A DNA stretch of 64,000 nt from an uncultured Prevotellaceae bacterium (GCA_902783625.1 CACZRN010000013.1:979-64978), one strand, 5' to 3'. Counted from the first letter of the stretch, positions 19,474-29,867 are shown. The notes: generated from the letters alone by a model not told the origin. Numbers and translations are program-made.

Positions 19474-22411
19474 CGGGGAACAAACTCAGTTGTATTGGTA
19501 TGTCGTTCGGATTCTGATGCACAGGCTTTATCGGTTCCTCGTCATCGTCGATAATTTCAACTATTGGCTCCTGCTCTTGCTCCTCCTCAATCTCTGGTGC
19601 AGGCTCCGTCAACTCCGGTTCCTTTTCTTCTTCAACCTCTGGCGCAAGTTCTTCAACGTCTTGCTCAGATTGAACATCTTGCTCTGGCTCTGCGGGTGTT
19701 GTTGCCGGGGCATCGGTTGTCACCTCCTCTGCTTCGGGCTCGATGTCGTCATCAGGTATTTCTTCTGCTTCCACCTCTGGCTCCGGCCACCGCAATGGCT
19801 CCAACTCTTCCACGTTGTCGATGGTCCACGTAGTGACACGCTTACCTCTTGCCTTGAAATTCTTTACTCCTATGAACTGCTCAGCATCTATCTCCATTGG
19901 CGTACGCACGGCATCGGCACCGCCGAATGTCACTTGCAATCGTGGGAATGGAGTATCGGTAAGCAGTATCGCCTTACTCTCCTTGTTCTCGCCGAGCAGA
20001 CTCTGACGCTTCTTTGAATAGTCGAGCACGAAACGCTTCAGATAGGGCAATCCCTTATTGTCAGCATCGTAGAGCATGAGTGTCCACGTCTTCTTCTCGT
20101 CGTACTTCTCAATCACCCGAATCTTCTCGTCGTAGTGGTTGTTGACGTCGATATTAGTGAAGTAGAAATCCATATTCTCGAGGATAACGAGTATGAATTC
20201 GTCGTCGTTGAATTCTCCGAGATATTTACCGTGCTCCTCGTAGTTTATACGGTTTATATCTGGGTCGAACCACACTTTGCGTCCTCCAAGTGTGCTGTGT
20301 CCGTGACTCTTCAGTCCAATGCGCTGCACAGGGTATTTCGTCACGAGGTTACCCTTTGCCGTTCTCGACTTTATCGCCACCTCCGAGAAGTCGCGCACCA
20401 GAAGCAGGTTGCGACGACCGCTCGATGGGTCAAGGCTAATCTTAATGCTCTCCGCCTCGCCATTGGGGTTGGCGGTGAAGTACATGATTTTCGAGCCTGG
20501 CTTGCCCTGCGTGATGTCGTATTCCTTATCGCGGGTGATGGGACAAACAAAGAATCGCTTGATGTAGTACGGTCCTTTCTTTCCATCGCGATATACGGCA
20601 TTGTAGATGGTGCGCTTGTCGTTCTTCTTATAAACTTGCACGTGCATCACGTTCTTGCCGATGAATATCTTCTCGGCAACGCGTATGACTTTATACTTGC
20701 CGTCTTTATAAAATATAATAATGTCGTCGATATCTGAGCAGTTGCACACAAACTCGTCTTTCTTCAGACTTGTACCGATGAATCCCTCCTGCCGGTTGAT
20801 GTAGAGTTTCTGGTTTGCCTCAGCCACTTTTGCTGCCTCGATGGTGTCGAAGTTGCGTATCTCGGTGAGGCGGGGATGGTCTTTTCCGTATTTATCCTTA
20901 ATGAACGTGAACCAGTTGATGGTGACGTCGGTCATGTGGGCGAGGTCGCGATCGATGCCTTTTATCTCTTTCTTTATCTTCTTTATCAGCTCATCGGCCT
21001 TGTCTTTGTTGAACTTCAGTATGCGCTGCATCTTTATCTCGAGCAGACGGAGTATATCGTCGCGCGTCACCTCTCTCACCAGCTGCGGCTTAAACGGTGT
21101 AAGTCGCTCGTCGATGTGTGCCACCACGGCATCGACGTTCTCGGCTTCCTCGAATTGCTTGTCTTTATAGATGCGCTCTTCGATGAATATTCTCTCGAGC
21201 GAGGCGAAGAAGAGTTGCTCCATCAGTTCGCCGCGCCGTATCTGCAGCTCCATGCGCAGAAGTCCCATGGTGCGGTCGACAGAGTGCTGAAGCACCTCGC
21301 TGACGGTGAGGAACTTGGGCTTATTGTCTTCGATGACGCAACAGTTGGGCGAGATATTTATCTCACAGTCGGTGAAGGCATAGAGTGCATCTATTGTCTT
21401 GTCTGACGACACTCCCGGTGCCAGATGAATAAGTATCTCCGCGCCGGCAGCTGTCAAGTCCTCCACCTTGCGCACCTTTATCTTTCCCTTCTCGGCTGCC
21501 TTGAGTATCGACTCGATGAAAGGACTCGGTTTTTGTGGTGAACCTGTTGTCTTTCCAAACGGTATTTCGCGTATCACGAGCGTCTTTTGATCGAGCTTTT
21601 CTATCTTTGCTCTCACCTTCACCACTCCTCCGCGCTGGCCGTCGTTGTACTTGCTCACATCGATACTGCCTCCTGTTGGGAAGTCGGGGTAAAGTCGGAA
21701 CTCCTCGCCGCGCAGATAACTGATGGCTGCGTCGCATATCTCACAGAAGTTGTGGGGAAGTATTTTCGAGCTCAGTCCCACTGCAATGCCCTCGGCACCT
21801 TGTGCCAGCAAGAGAGGATACTTCACCGGCAACGTGACGGGCTCCTTGTTTCTTCCGTCGTAGCTCATCTGCCATTCGGTGGTCTTGGGATTGAACACCA
21901 CGTCGAGAGCCAGCTTCGAGAGTCTAGCTTCTATGTATCGTCCGGCGGCAGCATCGTCGCCGGTGATGATGTTACCCCAGTTGCCTTGGCACTCAACGAG
22001 CAGGTCTTTCTGTCCCAGTTGCACGAGTGCGTCTTTTATCGACGCATCGCCGTGGGGGTGGAACTGCATGGTATATCCCACGATGTTGGCCACCTTGTTG
22101 AATCGCCCGTCGTCCATGCGCTTCATTGAATGCAGTATTCGTCGCTGCACGGGTTTCAGTCCGTCGTCGATATGCGGCACGGCACGTTCCAGAATTACAT
22201 ACGATGCATAATCAAGGAACCAGTTTTGATACATCCCGCTCAAATGGTGAACGGCAGAAGCATCAAAACGGTTCACAGGCTTATAGTCGGAGTGTTCGTC
22301 AACGGTCGTCTCATCGTCGGCAACAGCCTGCGCGTCGGTGTCGTTTGGTGTCAGTTCTTCTTTGTCGATGTCTTTTATCTCGTCGTCCATATCTGGATTT
22401 ATATTTTTCAT
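19457..22411 (-). CDS. parC: DNA topoisomerase IV subunit A
   Basis: LDYASYVILERA.P..DGLKPVQRR, HPHGDAS, AAGRYIEARL; acidic C-terminal tail. Confidence 0.93.
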   Translation of the reverse strand: MKNINPDMDDEIKDIDKEELTPNDTDAQAVADDETTVDEHSDYKPVNRFDASAVHHLSGMYQNWFLDYASYVILERAVPHIDDGLKPVQRRILHSMKRMDDGRFNKVANIVGYTMQFHPHGDASIKDALVQLGQKDLLVECQGNWGNIITGDDAAAGRYIEARLSKLALDVVFNPKTTEWQMSYDGRNKEPVTLPVKYPLLLAQGAEGIAVGLSSKILPHNFCEICDAAISYLRGEEFRLYPDFPTGGSIDVSKYNDGQRGGVVKVRAKIEKLDQKTLVIREIPFGKTTGSPQKPSPFIESILKAAEKGKIKVRKVEDLTAAGAEILIHLAPGVSSDKTIDALYAFTDCEINISPNCCVIEDNKPKFLTVSEVLQHSVDRTMGLLRMELQIRRGELMEQLFFASLERIFIEERIYKDKQFEEAENVDAVVAHIDERLTPFKPQLVREVTRDDILRLLEIKMQRILKFNKDKADELIKKIKKEIKGIDRDLAHMTDVTINWFTFIKDKYGKDHPRLTEIRNFDTIEAAKVAEANQKLYINRQEGFIGTSLKKDEFVCNCSDIDDIIIFYKDGKYKVIRVAEKIFIGKNVMHVQVYKKNDKRTIYNAVYRDGKKGPYYIKRFFVCPITRDKEYDITQGKPGSKIMYFTANPNGEAESIKISLDPSSGRRNLLLVRDFSEVAIKSRTAKGNLVTKYPVQRIGLKSHGHSTLGGRKVWFDPDINRINYEEHGKYLGEFNDDEFILVILENMDFYFTNIDVNNHYDEKIRVIEKYDEKKTWTLMLYDADNKGLPYLKRFVLDYSKKRQSLLGENKESKAILLTDTPFPRLQVTFGGADAVRTPMEIDAEQFIGVKNFKARGKRVTTWTIDNVEELEPLRWPEPEVEAEEIPDDDIEPEAEEVTTDAPATTPAEPEQDVQSEQDVEELAPEVEEEKEPELTEPAPEIEEEQEQEPIVEIIDDDEEPIKPVHQNPNDIPIQLSLFPDEDEQ

Positions 22412-22420
22412 ATTATGACT

Positions 22421-22522
22421 GCAAAGTTAGTGAAAACCGAGTGAAAAGCCAAATTTATTTGAGCTTTTCCGAGGTGCATCCTAACTTCTTATCCCGAAGG
22501 GAGAAAAAGTTAGTGAGAAACC
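22421..22522 (-). repeat. Promoter-bearing dispersed repeat upstream of parC
   Basis: aaagttagtga repeated at 22423 and 22506; internal gcatcctaacttc matches gcatcctatcttc near 40000. Confidence 0.7.
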
Positions 22523-22630
22523 TTGAAAGAGCATAGCCAAATTTTTCAGCAGCAAAAAGCGGAGCATCACATACAAACACTAATCAGTGGGAGCAAACTT
22601 TCAATTTATCTCCCTGTTTATCGGCCTTAT

Positions 22631-22665
22631 CTTTCAACTTTCACTTTTCAACTTTCAACTTTCAA
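22631..22665. repeat. Heptamer tandem repeat (CTTTCAA)x5, imperfect
   Basis: ctttcaa ctttcac ttttcaa ctttcaa ctttcaa. Confidence 0.8.
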
Positions 22666-22849
22666 CTAAAAACCCCTTATTTAAACCCAATCCAGATAAA
22701 AACGCCCATTTTTCGCTCTCAAAGCCATTTTTCGCCCAAATCTCCGAAATATCCCGCTTTTTCATCAAATACCTGTAACTCGTTCTGCTTCAATTATCTA
22801 CGCGTCTTTCTTCCTTTGAATAGGAATCAAGAGTTGGTGTTGCACCCTC

Positions 22850-22937
22850 AATAAAGAGCCTCTTTAATGCCATTAAAGTGCCCAAGTAACAGTCTTAAAG
22901 TGCCCATCTAATGCCATTAAAGAGCCCACTTACCAGC
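22850..22937. repeat. Uncapped 22-bp tandem array x4 (phased-dyad family)
   Basis: aataaagagcctctttaatgcc / attaaagtgcccaagtaacagt / cttaaagtgcccatctaatgcc / attaaagagcccacttaccagc. Confidence 0.75.
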
Positions 22938-23155
22938 GCAAGGAAAGCATTTCGAGGGCGATTTTAACCTAAAAAACGCCCAAAAAGGCACTTTTTTGCT
23001 CCTTTTGCCCCATTTTTCTGTAATCTTTCAATGCCTCTTCAATGCTCGCAAAAAAGTGCTTTCAGATTGTAAGTATTTACGTTTTTCGCTCGCCTTTACC
23101 CACCTTAACGCTATTCTCGGCGAGCATTAATTCACTTCTCTCCAATAGCAAGTTT

Positions 23156-24064
23156 TCATTTTCTCCGCTTCACAACTCGATATAAGCCGTTGCCATTGGT
23201 TTGTATGAACAAGTCGTGGCCGTGGAAGTCGCAGTCCTCAAACTCGTAGGGCACCTCTGCTGTCCAGTCGATACGATTAAGAAGCCGATGGTGACGCAGG
23301 TCCCATACGTAGAAAATGCTTGGGTGCTGCTTCGTTCCGAGGCCCACGGGCATGAGCATCAGCCCATTCCTGACGCAAGCCCCCTGCCCTATCTGGTTCG
23401 AAGAGAACTCACTGGTGTAGTCCTGTATAGTGTAGTTCTCAATTATATCGCTATTCGTGAGCGTCACCAACTTGCCATCGCTGAGCCTAGGCAGACGGAA
23501 GGTTATGATACGAAAGCGGTTGCCAGGGGCAAGATTCTCTATGGTGTTGCCATAGCCGATAAGCAGGCGACGGTCGTAATCGACAATCCACTGCAGAGCA
23601 TAGCCAAAGAGTTTTTCAGTGTCGTTGAATACGATTGTCTGCACCAACTGAGCACTTCCATCAAGCCCGATACGCTCTACATAGCACACATCCTTGCGCC
23701 CATCGACTACTCCGTTGAAGCATTGCGACACATACACGACGGGCAATGCGTCACCGGCAGCATAGCGTTCCGTGCCAAAGAAAGCCACATTGGAGTGATT
23801 AGTCTTCGCATTGCTCTCGAGTCGAATCTTACTAATCTCGCTAAGTCGTTCGTTATCAATCTTATAGAGCGTGGCCAGGCCCGTATTCTGCAGACTGAGC
23901 ATATAGTCATCATATATAGCCATACCCTGATAGGCTTGCCCTTCCCAGCCATTAAAGGGAGCAAAGTGGCTGACCGTAGAACGGGTGAAATCCATGCTCC
24001 GGCACGATGTTAGCAAGGCAACAGCAACAAATGCAAAAGAAGCAAACAATGATAGTCGTTTCAT
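23156..24064 (-). CDS. Hypothetical lipoprotein (possibly beta-propeller)
   Basis: Lipobox LLTSC; QGMAIY, NHSN, QGA and EFED blade-like segments. Confidence 0.6.
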   Translation of the reverse strand: MKRLSLFASFAFVAVALLTSCRSMDFTRSTVSHFAPFNGWEGQAYQGMAIYDDYMLSLQNTGLATLYKIDNERLSEISKIRLESNAKTNHSNVAFFGTERYAAGDALPVVYVSQCFNGVVDGRKDVCYVERIGLDGSAQLVQTIVFNDTEKLFGYALQWIVDYDRRLLIGYGNTIENLAPGNRFRIITFRLPRLSDGKLVTLTNSDIIENYTIQDYTSEFSSNQIGQGACVRNGLMLMPVGLGTKQHPSIFYVWDLRHHRLLNRIDWTAEVPYEFEDCDFHGHDLFIQTNGNGLYRVVKRRK

Positions 24065-24312
24065 ACGCAAATATTCAATTTAAGGTTTTCATGCAGCGAA
24101 ATTACGAAAAATACCTTTCAGTACGAAATTTTTCAATCCATATTTTTGGCGTCTGATGCACTTTTCAACACCCTGCAAATGCGTATTGCGTCATCGGCGA
24201 AATATAGATTTTTAAACTCTGAGCATATTTTTTATGCTAAAAACCGAAACGCGTTTAATAAAAAATAGGTATATTTGCCATCGGAACGAAGTTTCTATTA
24301 GGAACAAGTGTC

Positions 24313-24721
24313 ATGCAAGAAGTCGATCTGAACGCCACCGTGTCGGGAGGAATGCGAGAGATAGATATCACAAAAGATAGCGACATGATGTTCGATAACG
24401 CTATACTGCTGCCCGACACCTATACCTCCGAATGGGATTACTTCACCGTGGGAGGCAACAAAACAGCAAAATTCGGTACGGGTCTGTCGCTGACTTATGC
24501 CTACAAGGAGAACTATGCATAGAGATTGTTCTGTGACTACGACTACACACGCAAGACATATACAATGACATACGACCCCAGCGATTTCCTTATAGACGCC
24601 ACAGGCATGAGGAGCCTCGCGGAATTTATGGGAGATGAGTTGAATCTCGCTGACACCCAAAAGATAAAAAAAGAACCGCAACACATTCATCATTGGAGGT
24701 TCGTTCACAATATCTTTCTAA
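24313..24721 (+). pseudogene. 3' remnant of an outer-membrane beta-barrel gene with an in-frame TAG and an A7 frameshift
   Basis: ORFs 24313 and 24526 share a frame across one TAG; removing one A from the A7 run gives C-terminus NRNTFIIGGSFTISF*; terminator follows. Confidence 0.65.
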
Positions 24722-24774
24722 CATTGTGGCGATTTAATGCAAATAACTATTTGAAGATAGCAGCAAGACAATTG

Positions 24775-24812
24775 AATCCCTGCAGGGCGATAACACTCCG
24801 CAGGGATTTTAT
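24775..24812 (+). terminator. Rho-independent terminator
   Basis: aatccctgc...gcagggatt followed by T-rich run. Confidence 0.6.
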
Positions 24813-24977
24813 TTTTGTTCTCCGCTCAACTTTCACTAACTCTATCTTGCGATGAAATTAGGATACGTTTCGGGATAATAAACATTTAGAGCCCCTTGAT
24901 AAGGGGCGGCTATAATGCAGGGATAAAATATTTTCAGATTTTTATTTTGTTCTATGCTCAACTTTCACTAACTTTGC
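24808..24977 (+). repeat. Promoter-bearing dispersed repeat (two promoter-like units) upstream of rhaD
   Basis: ttttgttctccgctcaactttcactaac and ttttgttctatgctcaactttcactaactttg; reverse complement matches 39934-40080. Confidence 0.8.
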
Positions 24978-25038
24978 TACACCTAAATAAAATATAGGTG
25001 GTGATACCACACCGAAGGACATAAAAATACATATAACA

Positions 25039-25848
25039 ATGAAAAGCATTCTCGAAAGAAGTGAAGCTCTGGCAAAGACCGTCGGTCAGGTGGCCGAAGT
25101 GGCTGGCTATCTGTGGCAAAAAGGTTGGGCAGAGCGCAATGGAGGAAACATCACAGTAAACATAACCGGCACGTGCGACGACATTCTCGCATCGCTGCCT
25201 GCAATCGGCAAAAAGCGTCTGATTGGCTTGCACCTACCTCATCTGCGGGGTACATACTTCTATTGCAAAGGCACTGGACGCCGTATGCGCGACCTGGCAC
25301 GATGGCCTATGCAGAACGGAAGCATTATACGCATCTGTGACGACTGCGAAACATACGAGATAATAGCCGATGAAGAGGTTATACCAACAAGCGAACTACC
25401 GTCGCATCTGCTCGTTCATAATCATTTCATCGAGACAGGTTCACCCTATCGGGCATCGCTTCATACCCACCCCATAGAACTTGTGGCAATGTCGCACCGT
25501 GGAAAATATCTCAAAAAAGATGTGCTCACACGACTGCTGTGGAGCATGATACCCGAGACAAAGGCATTCTGCCCACGCGGATTGGGTATAGTAAGATACG
25601 AACTGCCAAGCTCTACTTTGCTGGCTCAAAAAACTCTCGAGGCACTCGACGACTATGATGTAGTTTTGTGGGAAAAGCATGGAGTCTTTGCTGTCGATAC
25701 CGACATCATGGCTGCATTCGACCAGGTGGATGTGCTTACAAAAAGCGCACAAATCTATATCGCAGCAAAGAATATGGGATTTGAGCCCGATGGAATGTCC
25801 GATGAGCAAATGCAAGAGATGAGCGTGGCATTCAACCTGCCAAAATAA
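25039..25848 (+). CDS. rhaD: Rhamnulose-1-phosphate aldolase
   Basis: GWAERNGGN, PTSELPSH, HTHP, WEKHG class II aldolase motifs. Confidence 0.93.
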   Translation: MKSILERSEALAKTVGQVAEVAGYLWQKGWAERNGGNITVNITGTCDDILASLPAIGKKRLIGLHLPHLRGTYFYCKGTGRRMRDLARWPMQNGSIIRICDDCETYEIIADEEVIPTSELPSHLLVHNHFIETGSPYRASLHTHPIELVAMSHRGKYLKKDVLTRLLWSMIPETKAFCPRGLGIVRYELPSSTLLAQKTLEALDDYDVVLWEKHGVFAVDTDIMAAFDQVDVLTKSAQIYIAAKNMGFEPDGMSDEQMQEMSVAFNLPK

Positions 25849-25871
25849 CCGTTAACCGTAAACAATATAAT

Positions 25872-27293
25872 ATGAGCAACAAACATTATCTAGCCATCGA
25901 CCTTGGTGCCACGAGCGGACGATCTATTCTCGGTACCCTGACCGACGGAAAGCTTTCTACCGAAGAAATAACACGTTTCCCTAACCGACTTATCACCACC
26001 GCGCACCACACCTATTGGGACATCCTTGCGCTCTACGCAGAGATACTGCGTGCTCTGAGCGAGGTGGCAAAGCGCGAAATAGAAATAACAAGCATCGGTA
26101 TCGACACGTGGGGCGTCGACTTTGTACTCGTGGGCGACGATGAAGAACTGCTCAGAGCACCTATGGCCTATCGTGACCCATGCACATTCGCGGCAATGGA
26201 CGACTATCTGAAGAACCGACTCTCGCAACGCGATCTCTATGAGATAAATGGACTGCAGCTGATGAATTTCAACTCTATCTTCCAAGTCTATGCCCTCGCC
26301 AGAGAGAACAATAGTGCGCTGAGAGCAGCAAAACACCTGCTGTTCATCCCCGACGCACTGGCATGGATGCTCACAGGACGCATGGTGTGCGAATATACCA
26401 TCGCTTCCACCTCAGGTCTCCTCGATGTGCGTAGCCGTAAGATGAGTATCGAGCTTCTGGCATCAGCAGGTATCGACGACACAATGATACCCGAGATGGT
26501 GATGCCTGGCGACGTGATAGGGACATTGTCGCCACATGTCCAGCGCATAACAGGAATGGGACCGGTGAGAGTAGTGGCTGTGGCAGGGCACGACACCGCA
26601 AGTGCAGTGGCTGCTGTGCCGGCAAAGAAAGAGGGATTCGCATATCTGAGTAGCGGAACATGGAGCCTGATGGGTATCGAGACCCACGCACCAATAGTCA
26701 ACGACAACAGCTTTGAGCGCAACTTCACAAACGAGGGAGGTATCTGCGGAACAACACGCTTCCTGAAAAACATATGCGGAATGTGGATGCTCGAACGTTG
26801 CCGTGCTGAGTGGACCGATGCACCAAACGACTACAACACACTCTTCGCCGCCGCAATGGAGTGCCCCAAACCCGAGGCATTGCTTAATCCCGACGACCCG
26901 ATGTTTGCCAACCCCGACAGTATGACAGCTGCTATAGAGACGTATTTTGCAAATCATGACCAACCAGCACCGAAGGGATGGGCAGCCACCACACGATGCC
27001 TGTTTGAGTCGCTGGCACATCGCTACGCCGAAGTGGCTGGCTATCTGCAGGAGTTCTCACCAGTGAAGATCGACACTCTGCACGTCATCGGCGGAGGATC
27101 GCAAAACGACTACCTCAACCAGATGACCGCCAATGCCACCAGACTCACCGTCATCGCCGGACCAGCAGAGGGCACTGCAATAGGCAACATCATGGTACAA
27201 GCCGCACTGGCCGACCACGTAGTGAGCGACATCTGGGAAATGAGGAAGATAATAGCCAACAGCATAACGCTGAAGACATTCCAACCTGAATGA
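25872..27293 (+). CDS. rhaB: Rhamnulokinase
   Basis: DLGATSGR, GIDTWGVDF, GHDTASAV, SSGTWSLMG, FTNEGG. Confidence 0.93.
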   Translation: MSNKHYLAIDLGATSGRSILGTLTDGKLSTEEITRFPNRLITTAHHTYWDILALYAEILRALSEVAKREIEITSIGIDTWGVDFVLVGDDEELLRAPMAYRDPCTFAAMDDYLKNRLSQRDLYEINGLQLMNFNSIFQVYALARENNSALRAAKHLLFIPDALAWMLTGRMVCEYTIASTSGLLDVRSRKMSIELLASAGIDDTMIPEMVMPGDVIGTLSPHVQRITGMGPVRVVAVAGHDTASAVAAVPAKKEGFAYLSSGTWSLMGIETHAPIVNDNSFERNFTNEGGICGTTRFLKNICGMWMLERCRAEWTDAPNDYNTLFAAAMECPKPEALLNPDDPMFANPDSMTAAIETYFANHDQPAPKGWAATTRCLFESLAHRYAEVAGYLQEFSPVKIDTLHVIGGGSQNDYLNQMTANATRLTVIAGPAEGTAIGNIMVQAALADHVVSDIWEMRKIIANSITLKTFQPE

Positions 27294-27318
27294 AACTAAA
27301 ACCAAATAAACAAACAAT

Positions 27319-28572
27319 ATGGACGAAAAGAAAATTCTAAAAGCCTATGAGGCTGCCCGTGAACGCTATGCGGAATTGGGCATCGACACAGACAAAGCAG
27401 TGGCTCAACTCGAGCAGGTACCCATCTCGCTACATTGCTGGCAGACCGACGATGTGGTGGGATTCGAGCGCAACGTGGCGCTGTCGGGTGGAATACAAAC
27501 CACCGGCAACTACCCTGGACGTGCTCGCAACGTTGACGAGGTGCGACAGGATATCATCGAAGTGAAAAGCCTTCTGGCTGGTAACCACCGACTTAACCTT
27601 CACGAGACGTATGGCGAGTTCGGCGATAAATTCGTTGACCGCGATGAAGTTGAGGTGAAGCATTTCCAGGGATGGATTGACTGGGCAAAGCAACAAAATC
27701 TGAAACTTGACTTCAACAGCACTTCCTTCTCTCACCCAAAGAGCGGAAACCTCACTCTGTCAAACCCCGACGACGACATTCGCAACTTCTGGATAGAGCA
27801 CACAAAGCGTTGCCGCAGAATAGCCGACGCCATGGGTAAGGCGCAAGACGACCCCTGCATTATGAACATCTGGGTACACGACGGCTCGAAAGACCTCACT
27901 GTCAACCGTCTGCACTATCGCCAGATTCTCAAGAATAGCCTCGACGAAATCCTCAGCGAGCAACTGCCACACATGAAGAGTTGCCTCGAGGCAAAGCTGT
28001 TCGGTATCGGACTCGAAAGCTATACCGTCGGTTCTCACGACTTCTATGCAGGCTACTGCTCGAAGAACAATGTCATCTACACGCTCGACACCGGTCACTA
28101 CGAGCAGACCGAGAACGTAAGCGACATGGTGGCATCGCTGCTCCTCTTCGTACCTGAGCTGATGCTCCACGTGAGCCGCCCGGTGCGTTGGGACTCCGAC
28201 CATGTGACAATCATGAACGACCAGACACTCGATCTCTTCAAAGAGCTAGTCCGCGCCGATGCACTCCATCGTGCTCATGTGGGTCTCGACTACTTCGATG
28301 CATCCATCAACCGCATAGGTGCTTACATCATCGGAGTGCGTGCCACACAACGCTGTCTGCTCTCTGCGCTGCTTGAGCCTATCAAGAAGTTGCGCGAGTA
28401 CGAGGCTGCCGACAAGGGATTCCAACGTCTGGCTCTGCTCGAAGAAGCAAAGTCGATGCCTATGGGAGCTGTGTTCGACTACTTCTGCCTTAAGAACAAC
28501 GTGCCTGTAGGCACCGACTATATGGCTGAGGTAGAGCGCTATGAGCGCGAAGAACTGTCGAAGCGTGCATAA
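27319..28572 (+). CDS. rhaA: L-rhamnose isomerase
   Basis: SLHCWQ.DDV.GFE, GNYPG.AR, HVSRPVRWDSDH, LDYFDASINR. Confidence 0.96.
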   Translation: MDEKKILKAYEAARERYAELGIDTDKAVAQLEQVPISLHCWQTDDVVGFERNVALSGGIQTTGNYPGRARNVDEVRQDIIEVKSLLAGNHRLNLHETYGEFGDKFVDRDEVEVKHFQGWIDWAKQQNLKLDFNSTSFSHPKSGNLTLSNPDDDIRNFWIEHTKRCRRIADAMGKAQDDPCIMNIWVHDGSKDLTVNRLHYRQILKNSLDEILSEQLPHMKSCLEAKLFGIGLESYTVGSHDFYAGYCSKNNVIYTLDTGHYEQTENVSDMVASLLLFVPELMLHVSRPVRWDSDHVTIMNDQTLDLFKELVRADALHRAHVGLDYFDASINRIGAYIIGVRATQRCLLSALLEPIKKLREYEAADKGFQRLALLEEAKSMPMGAVFDYFCLKNNVPVGTDYMAEVERYEREELSKRA

Positions 28573-28591
28573 CACCCAACTAACTGTATTG

Positions 28592-28634
28592 GAGCCATGC
28601 TTTTGTCTGTATGCAGACACGGGCATGGCTCTTA
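28592..28634 (+). terminator. Terminator after rhaA
   Basis: gagccatgc...gcatggctc hairpin. Confidence 0.55.
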
Positions 28635-28727
28635 CTGATTAAATACCGCCATTCGCAGATTATTTTTCGGAAAGAGTCGCAACATCAATATCTTTGTAGA
28701 AAATAATAAACGCCGATTTCTCGAATA

Positions 28728-29867
28728 ATGACAAAGAGACCTATCAACCGAAAAGAGACACTGGTGTACATAGTGCTATGGGCAGCCTTGTTCATAGCCC
28801 CCATCGCCAGTCATTATCTGCATGGCACGACCGACCACACACCCATGAATGGGTGGCACGAGGTGTTTGACATATGGAAGAGCTACGCATTCTTCCTTAT
28901 ATTGTTTCTAATACACAACATCTTCCTTGCGCCCCTGCTTATCTACAAGCGCAAGACTCTTGCCTATATACTCTCCACACTCTGCCTGGTTGGCATGCTC
29001 ATCGCCTTCCAATGCCAGAGCCGCCCTAAAGAGCCATTCCGCCCCGGTCCTCCCGTTGAACATGCCACAGAGATGCAGAACGATATGGAGCTGTCGGAAG
29101 CAGGGCAATATCACGGGCACGACGCCCCGCCGCCACACATCAAGCACCCAGGCAAACGACCGCCGCTGATATGGGGCGAGCAGGATGTCGTAGGGGTGAT
29201 AATACTCATCCTGCTGCTGGGAATGAATCTCGGAGTGAAGCTCTATTTCAAGTCGGAAGACGACATGAAGAGCCTGCATGAACTTGAGCGGAAGAATCTC
29301 GAGCAGCAACTCGAAGTGCTGAAATATCAGATAAATCCCCACTTCCTGATGAACACGCTCAACAACATCCACGCCCTTGTCGATTTCAACCCCGAAGGGG
29401 CGAAGGAAAGCATCGTTGAACTATCGAAACTACTCAGGCATATACTCTACAAAGGCGACAACGGATTCCTCTCAATCGACAAAGAGATAAAATTCATCAA
29501 CCACTACATCCGCCTGATGCGTATACGCTATTCCGACACCATCGACATCGAGGCGACCTTCCCCGAATACCCACCCGACCGCGAGATACCGTCGCTCATG
29601 CTCATCACATTTGTCGAAAACGCCTTCAAACATGGCATAAGCTACAAACACCCGTCGTTCATAAAAATCAATATGACCACCGACGACAACCGCATGCAGT
29701 TCACCGTTGCCAATAGCAAGCACCCCTCCACACCGGAGCACAAGGAGGGAATAGGACTGGCAAACGTGAAGAAACGCCTCGACATTCTCTTCGGCGATGA
29801 CTATCAACTCGACATCATCGACGGCGACGACACCTACGACGTCTGCCTCAATATACCAATAAGGTGA
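28728..29867 (+). CDS. LytS/YehU-type sensor histidine kinase
   Basis: LKYQINPHFLMNTLNNI H-box, FVENAFKHG N-box, GIGLANVKKRL; N-terminal TM helices. Confidence 0.93.
   Translation: MTKRPINRKETLVYIVLWAALFIAPIASHYLHGTTDHTPMNGWHEVFDIWKSYAFFLILFLIHNIFLAPLLIYKRKTLAYILSTLCLVGMLIAFQCQSRPKEPFRPGPPVEHATEMQNDMELSEAGQYHGHDAPPPHIKHPGKRPPLIWGEQDVVGVIILILLLGMNLGVKLYFKSEDDMKSLHELERKNLEQQLEVLKYQINPHFLMNTLNNIHALVDFNPEGAKESIVELSKLLRHILYKGDNGFLSIDKEIKFINHYIRLMRIRYSDTIDIEATFPEYPPDREIPSLMLITFVENAFKHGISYKHPSFIKINMTTDDNRMQFTVANSKHPSTPEHKEGIGLANVKKRLDILFGDDYQLDIIDGDDTYDVCLNIPIR

Noticed and set aside
22773-22802. Possible dif/Xer-like site
   Set aside because: Arms are only weakly complementary; insufficient support
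24520-24522. TAG readthrough or pyrrolysine recoding
   Set aside because: A second lesion (frameshift) and 5' truncation point to decay; TAG is a normal stop elsewhere in the window
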